Positions 27,219-33,738 of a stretch of DNA of 33,738 bases are shown piece by piece. The DNA comes from Thraustochytrium aureum (Eukaryota): positions 309,701 to 343,438 of the forward strand of contig BLSG01000402.1 in NCBI GenBank assembly GCA_012862495.1. The letters run 5' to 3'. How positions within the stretch are numbered: position 1 is the first letter of the stretch; each line of letters begins with the position of its first letter. The translations under genes and the position numbers were made by a program. The notes under the pieces are model-generated. The model was not told the DNA's origin. It did not search any database and saw only the letters and a program-made list of their open reading frames with translations.

Positions 27219-28141
27219 CTACAGCAGGTCCGTGATCGGACCCCACAATTTGTGCTCGTCTGCGTAGCGGTTCAGGCACGAGTACGAGCAACCATTGTCA
27301 GCCCAATAACAACGCAGGTCCTTGACGCGGTTTCCGTCTGCTTCGTAGGCTCGGCAAGCCACCTTGACCTGAGCCAGGTGCAACTCATACTCTTCAAGAA
27401 CGGTCTTGAATCGGTCTTTGCCAACCTCCTCAATTAGGCGGTCGAGATTTGTATTGGCTTCACGCGAGAGCTTGATGTCACCTGCACTGGCCGAGAGGAA
27501 ATCGTCGCCCTTGAAGAAGGCCTTCACAGAGGCCGTCTGTTGTTCGACGTACACCGTCTCGTGGATTCTGGAGGGAGCCCCGTCATTGAGGTGCTTGCTG
27601 CGAAAGCTGAACAAGTCCTCTACGTGCTGGCTGGAGACCTTGGAAGGAACATATAGGAGGTCGCCAAGGCTAAGGCCCAGCAGGAAGGCGAGCGCGAGCG
27701 TGGACTCGGTAAACCGCTCTGAAACGGCGACGAAGTCCAGCTTGGCGTGAGCTCCTGGGGTGTTGAGATCGTAATACTTCCAGAGAAAGTTGGCGCAGCT
27801 GCTCTTGGCGTAGTCGATTATGCCTGCCGGCGTAGGCGCCTCGCCGTTGCGCGTCACGCGGAACATGTAATACGCAGACAGGCACCTGTTTGCCGGTTCG
27901 CGTGAAGTGGCCCAGCGAAATGTGGCAATGCTTGAGGCTTGCTCGATCTCGTGGATGGTTGCACTTGTGAGGTGGTTGGCCCACAGAAAGGGCTCGTCCA
28001 GTGCGCGGGCTTGCTTTGGGCCGCACATTGCGCAGCTGACGCCGTGCCGGGTCGCGATGCGGCGGGCTACGCCGCCCATTGTGCTGCTCCCCGTCTTTTC
28101 GCCCTTGATGAAGAACAGATTGAAATCAAAGCAGCCGTGCT
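27219..28141 (-). CDS. Galactose-3-O-sulfotransferase-like Golgi sulfotransferase (5' end in N gap 28142-28584)
   Basis: 5'-PSB motif LFFIKGEKTGSST, 3'-PB motif REPANRCLSAYY, and LDFVAVSERFTESTLALAFLLGLSLGDLLY, typical of the Gal-3-O-sulfotransferase family. Confidence 0.82.
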
Positions 28142-28588
28142 NNNNNNNNNNNNNNNNNNNNNNNNNNNNNNNNNNNNNNNNNNNNNNNNNNNNNNNNNNN
28201 NNNNNNNNNNNNNNNNNNNNNNNNNNNNNNNNNNNNNNNNNNNNNNNNNNNNNNNNNNNNNNNNNNNNNNNNNNNNNNNNNNNNNNNNNNNNNNNNNNNN
28301 NNNNNNNNNNNNNNNNNNNNNNNNNNNNNNNNNNNNNNNNNNNNNNNNNNNNNNNNNNNNNNNNNNNNNNNNNNNNNNNNNNNNNNNNNNNNNNNNNNNN
28401 NNNNNNNNNNNNNNNNNNNNNNNNNNNNNNNNNNNNNNNNNNNNNNNNNNNNNNNNNNNNNNNNNNNNNNNNNNNNNNNNNNNNNNNNNNNNNNNNNNNN
28501 NNNNNNNNNNNNNNNNNNNNNNNNNNNNNNNNNNNNNNNNNNNNNNNNNNNNNNNNNNNNNNNNNNNNNNNNNNNNNNNNNNNNCGCG

Positions 28589-28671
28589 TGAATGATTCGT
28601 TTGATCGTTTTCGAGATTGAATGATTCGTTTGATCGTTTGAGTGATTTGCGTGAATGATTCGTTTGATCGT
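28589..28671 (+). repeat. Three exact copies of TGAATGATTCGTTTGATCGT with short spacers, abutting an assembly gap
   Basis: Copies at 28589, 28618 and 28652, separated by 9- and 14-nt spacers. Confidence 0.88.
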
Positions 28672-29159
28672 GAGGTACGAGCGACCAGCCTGAGTATTGA
28701 TTTTCTTCGTATGTGCAGTAGCTCTTGAGCGCGGGTTTGAGAGGGCACGTGGAGGGAGGGTTGAACGGCTTGGGCTGTTCTCGGCAAGCCCGCGCAGAGA
28801 GCGTACTCCGCGTTGCCTCGGCCGAGTCGGCGCTCGCGGCTCGCGGCATCTTGCAGGGCAGATTCAGGAGCCCTTTCATACTTTCTCAGGCTCTTGCTTT
28901 CCACCGCTCGTGACAGAACAAGAAAACAACTACGAGTAGAGTAGCTAGTAGCTGGGCCCTGCCGTCCCAGCGAGCAAGCGAGCCTCAGCGAGGTGAGCGG
29001 TACCGTCACGTGGGCTCGAAAGGAGAGATGACGGACCTTCGCATGGCGGTGCAATGCGTTTCTTCGCCTGCCTGGCTGCGCGCGTTCGCCAATTATGTCA
29101 TCAGCGCAGCTCGCGCTGGGCGTGAGCGTGACGTCAACGCCTTGCCACGTCTGTCCATC

Positions 29160-29184
29160 GCAGCAGCAGCAGCAGCAGCAGCAG
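29160..29184 (+). repeat. (GCA)n microsatellite
   Basis: About 8 GCA units in apparently intergenic DNA. Confidence 0.85.
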
Positions 29185-30862
29185 CCAAGTGTGTCACAAC
29201 GAGCTGGCTGCACTGATCTTTGTCGTCACGGTTTGCGCACATCAGGCTTCGCCCTCTCTCAGAAGCACGCGAGTTGCGAGGGAGAAGGGCGGTCCGAGGA
29301 GGTCGGCGGTCGAGAGCGGCGGGTGGTTTTCACCGCCTTGAAGAGGGGCGCTTGACGGTAAACATCGGTTTTGTGTCTCTGATCCCTCTGGCACCACCTC
29401 CCCCGCTGCCAGTGGGCCTCCGAGAGCGCTTTTGAAAGCAGTGAACGGCGAACGCCAGCAGCGCGCAGCCGCAATCGACGCGAGCGAGCTGTCAGCGTGT
29501 CATTTCACCAGACACTCCCAACCTGCTCATCAGAGTAGAGTAGGCTCAACCATCATCAGCCTGCAAGGACGCAGGAGGCAGGACTGACGAGCGGGACGGC
29601 CAGCGATGATGCCATCCCAAGCCGGATCCCGCCTGCTTTGGGTGACGAGCTGGTGAGGCCAGAGCAGAGAATTTGTTGGGGTTTGTTTGGATGATCATCT
29701 GATTGGCATCCGCTCCTCTCCTCGCTCGCTCTCCTGCTCTCCTGCGGACTGGCGAGGTTGCGGTCCCTGCGCTGGAGCGAGCGGAGTTTGTACCCCACCC
29801 CCTCCCGCACGTGCTGCACCGTCGCGCGAGCGTCGTCACTGCTAGGCGCCTTTCGTCTTGTGACCTCTGTTCGTCCGAGCGGCAGGGGCCTGCTTGCTGG
29901 GATCCGCCGGCACAGAGTGATGAGACGAGGTGGTGTGGGCTGGCTCGGAGAGGCAGCCAAGCCGGCGCTCGCTCGCGCTCTCGCCAGTGGCGGCACGTGA
30001 AAGGAAACGAAAACGCAGCGCGCAACTCGCTCGCTCCCCAGCATCGACTCATCATCGCCAGCATCGATCGATTCAGGATGAATCAACTTGGATGAATAAA
30101 ATGCTGCAGTAAACACCGCGACCCAATCAATTGATCAATCATCGAGGGCCACGCAAACCGCAAGCCGCGGTGGCGAGCGGCAGCAAACTTGACACTCACG
30201 GCGTCAGCGCAACTTGTAAGCTCCGTCTAGGACTGAGAGGGCTCTGTACCTCCCGTTTTCGTCTCCCGTACGTGGAGAACTGCAGCGGCCGAGTGCTGTA
30301 CCTTCTCGTTTTGTGCGCCCCAGCCTTCTTTCCCGTTTCCTGGCGCCAGGCGGGTCGCCGTGGAGCACAGCGTCACCTCACAGCTGGGTACGTGCTTGGC
30401 GCTCAGTACCTCCCGTTCTCGCACGGAAGTAGGCAGAACCCAAACGCAGGTGACGAAGAGGTGATCCTCGCCCATGCGCGACGAAAGACGGCCAGGTCAC
30501 AACACGAGTAGTTAGACTCTCGGCACACAGAGGAGCGACAAGCTCGCGGCAGGAATCTGCCAGCTGCAGTCCCCCCAGCGTCGCCGACTCGAGGCGACCG
30601 CCGCGGGAAACCACTGCGAAAGTAAAAGACGTCTGGGCCGTACGAAGCCCGGGCCGCCCCAACCGGCCAGGGCGCGGCGCCGCACAACGCGCTGCTAGGC
30701 ACGAGCGCGGGAGCTGCTCGCGCAAACGGGAACAGCCAAGAGCGCTTGGGTTCCACCCCAAACGACCAGTACCAGCAACCGCAGTACCAAGACGAACAGG
30801 ACAGCGCATACTGCCCAGCACCGCAACGAGCGGCGCAAGGCCACCGCGCGCAGCTGCACGCC

Positions 30863-31259
30863 ATGCTTGCCAACCCCCGCTACTCGATCGGCGGCGTCTC
30901 CATGAAGCTGAACAGCAACCTTAGCGGGCGCGGGCTCGACTCGTACGGCAAGGCGGCGCAGGCGAGCGGACTCGGCGGTATGTTTTACGACGGAACTGCC
31001 CTTTACGACAGTGGGGCGCTTCACAACCCTGCGAACAAGAACGCGTACATGCAGCACGGCGGCCTGTTTAGCGCGCAAGGCTTTGGTAGTGCGCTTGGCG
31101 CAGGCGACTACCACCAGCTCAAGCCCGAAGACGACATCCTCCTCCACAGCCTCGACGATGAGGAGTCGGGCCTTGGCCATGGCGCGGTGTACTTGAATCA
31201 GCAGCAGCACGCTCAGCAGCATCATCAGAACCAGGAGTACCACCAGCAGCAGCAGCAGC
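30863..31259 (+). CDS. Gln/Gly-rich low-complexity protein, N-terminal fragment (rest in N gap 31260-32217)
   Basis: First in-frame ATG at 30863 (GCCATG), GC3-rich codons, sequence MLANPRYSIGGVSMKL...LNQQQHAQQHHQNQEYHQQQQQ running into the gap. The frame is open upstream to 30626, so the start is uncertain. Confidence 0.6.
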
Positions 31260-32544
31260 NNNNNNNNNNNNNNNNNNNNNNNNNNNNNNNNNNNNNNNNN
31301 NNNNNNNNNNNNNNNNNNNNNNNNNNNNNNNNNNNNNNNNNNNNNNNNNNNNNNNNNNNNNNNNNNNNNNNNNNNNNNNNNNNNNNNNNNNNNNNNNNNN
31401 NNNNNNNNNNNNNNNNNNNNNNNNNNNNNNNNNNNNNNNNNNNNNNNNNNNNNNNNNNNNNNNNNNNNNNNNNNNNNNNNNNNNNNNNNNNNNNNNNNNN
31501 NNNNNNNNNNNNNNNNNNNNNNNNNNNNNNNNNNNNNNNNNNNNNNNNNNNNNNNNNNNNNNNNNNNNNNNNNNNNNNNNNNNNNNNNNNNNNNNNNNNN
31601 NNNNNNNNNNNNNNNNNNNNNNNNNNNNNNNNNNNNNNNNNNNNNNNNNNNNNNNNNNNNNNNNNNNNNNNNNNNNNNNNNNNNNNNNNNNNNNNNNNNN
31701 NNNNNNNNNNNNNNNNNNNNNNNNNNNNNNNNNNNNNNNNNNNNNNNNNNNNNNNNNNNNNNNNNNNNNNNNNNNNNNNNNNNNNNNNNNNNNNNNNNNN
31801 NNNNNNNNNNNNNNNNNNNNNNNNNNNNNNNNNNNNNNNNNNNNNNNNNNNNNNNNNNNNNNNNNNNNNNNNNNNNNNNNNNNNNNNNNNNNNNNNNNNN
31901 NNNNNNNNNNNNNNNNNNNNNNNNNNNNNNNNNNNNNNNNNNNNNNNNNNNNNNNNNNNNNNNNNNNNNNNNNNNNNNNNNNNNNNNNNNNNNNNNNNNN
32001 NNNNNNNNNNNNNNNNNNNNNNNNNNNNNNNNNNNNNNNNNNNNNNNNNNNNNNNNNNNNNNNNNNNNNNNNNNNNNNNNNNNNNNNNNNNNNNNNNNNN
32101 NNNNNNNNNNNNNNNNNNNNNNNNNNNNNNNNNNNNNNNNNNNNNNNNNNNNNNNNNNNNNNNNNNNNNNNNNNNNNNNNNNNNNNNNNNNNNNNNNNNN
32201 NNNNNNNNNNNNNNNNTACCTTCTTGCTCTACCTTGCAGTCAGGCGGGACAGAGAGAGGTCCGGAGTTCATTGCCGGTGTCTTGCCTCATTTTTACGACG
32301 CGACGCCGCCCTGGCTGGCCTGATCTCCGCTGCCCACACCTCGAGCACTACGGCGGAAAAAAGACAAACAGAACGAAAAACATCGGTTTCAAAAAGCAAG
32401 TAGTTTTCACGGGTTTCAGTGCGATCCGGCTCGCGCAGCACAATTTCGTGCACGCGGCCAACAAAGTAGAGTACGGCAGGCAGGTCAAATCAATCAGTCG
32501 CCATCGCAGAGCAAGTACATGTCAGCAGGGGCTCCTGAGGCGGC

Positions 32545-33234
32545 CTAGCTGCGCAGCTCTGCACGGTCGATGTCCGGGTTGACGGCAATCTTGGCGATCG
32601 CCTTCTCGTATGCGAGCGCAGCCTCGACCTCGTCCTTGTAGTAGCCAATGTGCACGCGCACGCCTTTAATCTTGATCTGAACGACCCAGCGCTCTGTCCG
32701 CTTGTACCAGCAGACCCCGCGGTAGCTCGAGGTTGGCACGCGGCCCTTGTCCGTGGAAGGATTTTGCCGCTTGGCAAGCTTTGACGGCACGGCCACCGGC
32801 GCGTTCATCGGCAACGCGACTGGCGCAGCAGCAGTCATCGCTTGCCGCTTGCACGGCGGCGCAACGCTCGAGTCGTCGCCCAAAGAGAACGGCGAAAACT
32901 CGAGAGCATGAGACATCGACCGCTTGCGCTTGACAAGCGGCTTGTCGGCAGGAAAGCAGTTGGGCTCGGCAGAGAAGCCACCGCGCGGCGAGAAGAACGA
33001 GGAGGTTGATGCGTCGTAGAACGACCCGTTCGACGGCATCGGGCTGGAGACCGGCGTGCCCGAGCTGAAGCTGTCGGTGTCTGCAAACATGTCGTCGGAC
33101 GGCTCGTCCACGAGGAGCGCATCAATGGTCTCCATGAGCATGTCGTTCTCTTCCATGTAGTCAGAGTTGATCATTTTATTCAGCGCCATGCTGTCGTCGA
33201 ACAGGTCCAGGCTGGTCATCTCCTCGAGCCTCAT
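32545..33234 (-). CDS. AP2/ERF-domain transcription factor
   Basis: C-terminal SSYRGVCWYKRTERWVVQIKIKGVRVHIGYYKDEVEAALAYEKA is an AP2 domain. The N-terminus is acidic/Met/Ser-rich (activation-like) and there is a KRKR NLS. Confidence 0.9.
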   Translation of the reverse strand: MRLEEMTSLDLFDDSMALNKMINSDYMEENDMLMETIDALLVDEPSDDMFADTDSFSSGTPVSSPMPSNGSFYDASTSSFFSPRGGFSAEPNCFPADKPLVKRKRSMSHALEFSPFSLGDDSSVAPPCKRQAMTAAAPVALPMNAPVAVPSKLAKRQNPSTDKGRVPTSSYRGVCWYKRTERWVVQIKIKGVRVHIGYYKDEVEAALAYEKAIAKIAVNPDIDRAELRS

Positions 33235-33738
33235 GCTTGCGAGAGCCCTTGCGCGAATTGCCGCTCAGCACGTCAGCTGCGCCGCTCGGAGTCCTGGTGT
33301 CCGTCGGCCACGAAACGCTACTCGAAGGAACGTTAGTCGATTGACGGGCGTCGTTCTCGGTTACGGTTTTGCTTGCAACGCCGCAATACTAGACGCAAAC
33401 ATGGGCAGCCAGCTCGTCGAAAGCTGACGTTCACCAAGGCCAAGCAAGGATTTGCTGATTTCGGATCCAACTATCGCCTTCGCAAAAGTGTGTTCCAAGC
33501 CACAACCCGCCCTTCCTCCTTCCTTCCTTCTTTCCCTCCTCTCGCTCCTCTCTGCGCCCTCCTCTCACAACCAGGGCCTCCTCCGGTCCTCCCCTCACAA
33601 GCACGAGCTCCTCACAGCGCCACAGCTGCCTCACAAGCAAGTCCGCACCGCGCTTGAGAGGCCGAGGCGCCCCGCCTCACATGCGTCCTCTCTCCGCCAG
33701 AGNNGAGGGGGGCGATGGCCCGCTCACGCGCGAACCGC

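Noticed and set aside
28589..28671. CRISPR-like appearance of the repeat-spacer pattern
   Set aside because: Spacers are only 9-14 nt and partly repeat-derived, there are no cas genes, and the context is eukaryotic.
28585..29213. N-terminal extension of the sulfotransferase ORF across the gap (poly-Cys start)
   Set aside because: Artefact of translating through Ns, a minisatellite and a GCA microsatellite.
1..33738. tRNA, rRNA, transposase or viral genes
   Set aside because: None recognised by eye; a covariance-model search was not possible.

Overview
GC-rich, gene-dense, nearly intron-free eukaryotic (protist) draft scaffold with eight large N-gaps. A stramenopile such as a thraustochytrid/labyrinthulomycete is my inference from gene style, not a database result. 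Genes in order: 5' part of an intron-containing Sam50 gene (minus strand, missed by the ORF track); a type II membrane glycosyltransferase-like protein; a small hypothetical protein; a giant Tudor/Agenet-repeat + EF-hand + SAM protein; a probably myristoylated FN3/RanBP2-ZnF/WW/HECT E3 ligase; a secreted Cys-rich lectin-like repeat protein; a secreted GH19-like chitinase; a dual-specificity phosphatase; a type II membrane hypothetical; a Pro/Thr mucin-stalk type I membrane protein; a JMJD5/KDM8-like JmjC oxygenase; a Gal-3-O-sulfotransferase-like enzyme; a Gln-rich protein; and an AP2-domain transcription factor. Three genes carry single-base frame breaks at short homopolymers, most likely sequencing errors. 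The most notable unexplained signals are non-coding: AT-rich islands of TTGA-N(2-4)-TCAA palindromes upstream of genes, a TAGAGTA/TACTCTA motif at or just after stop codons and in intergenic DNA, a TGACG cluster in a divergent promoter, and a tandem 78-bp unit with hairpin potential.
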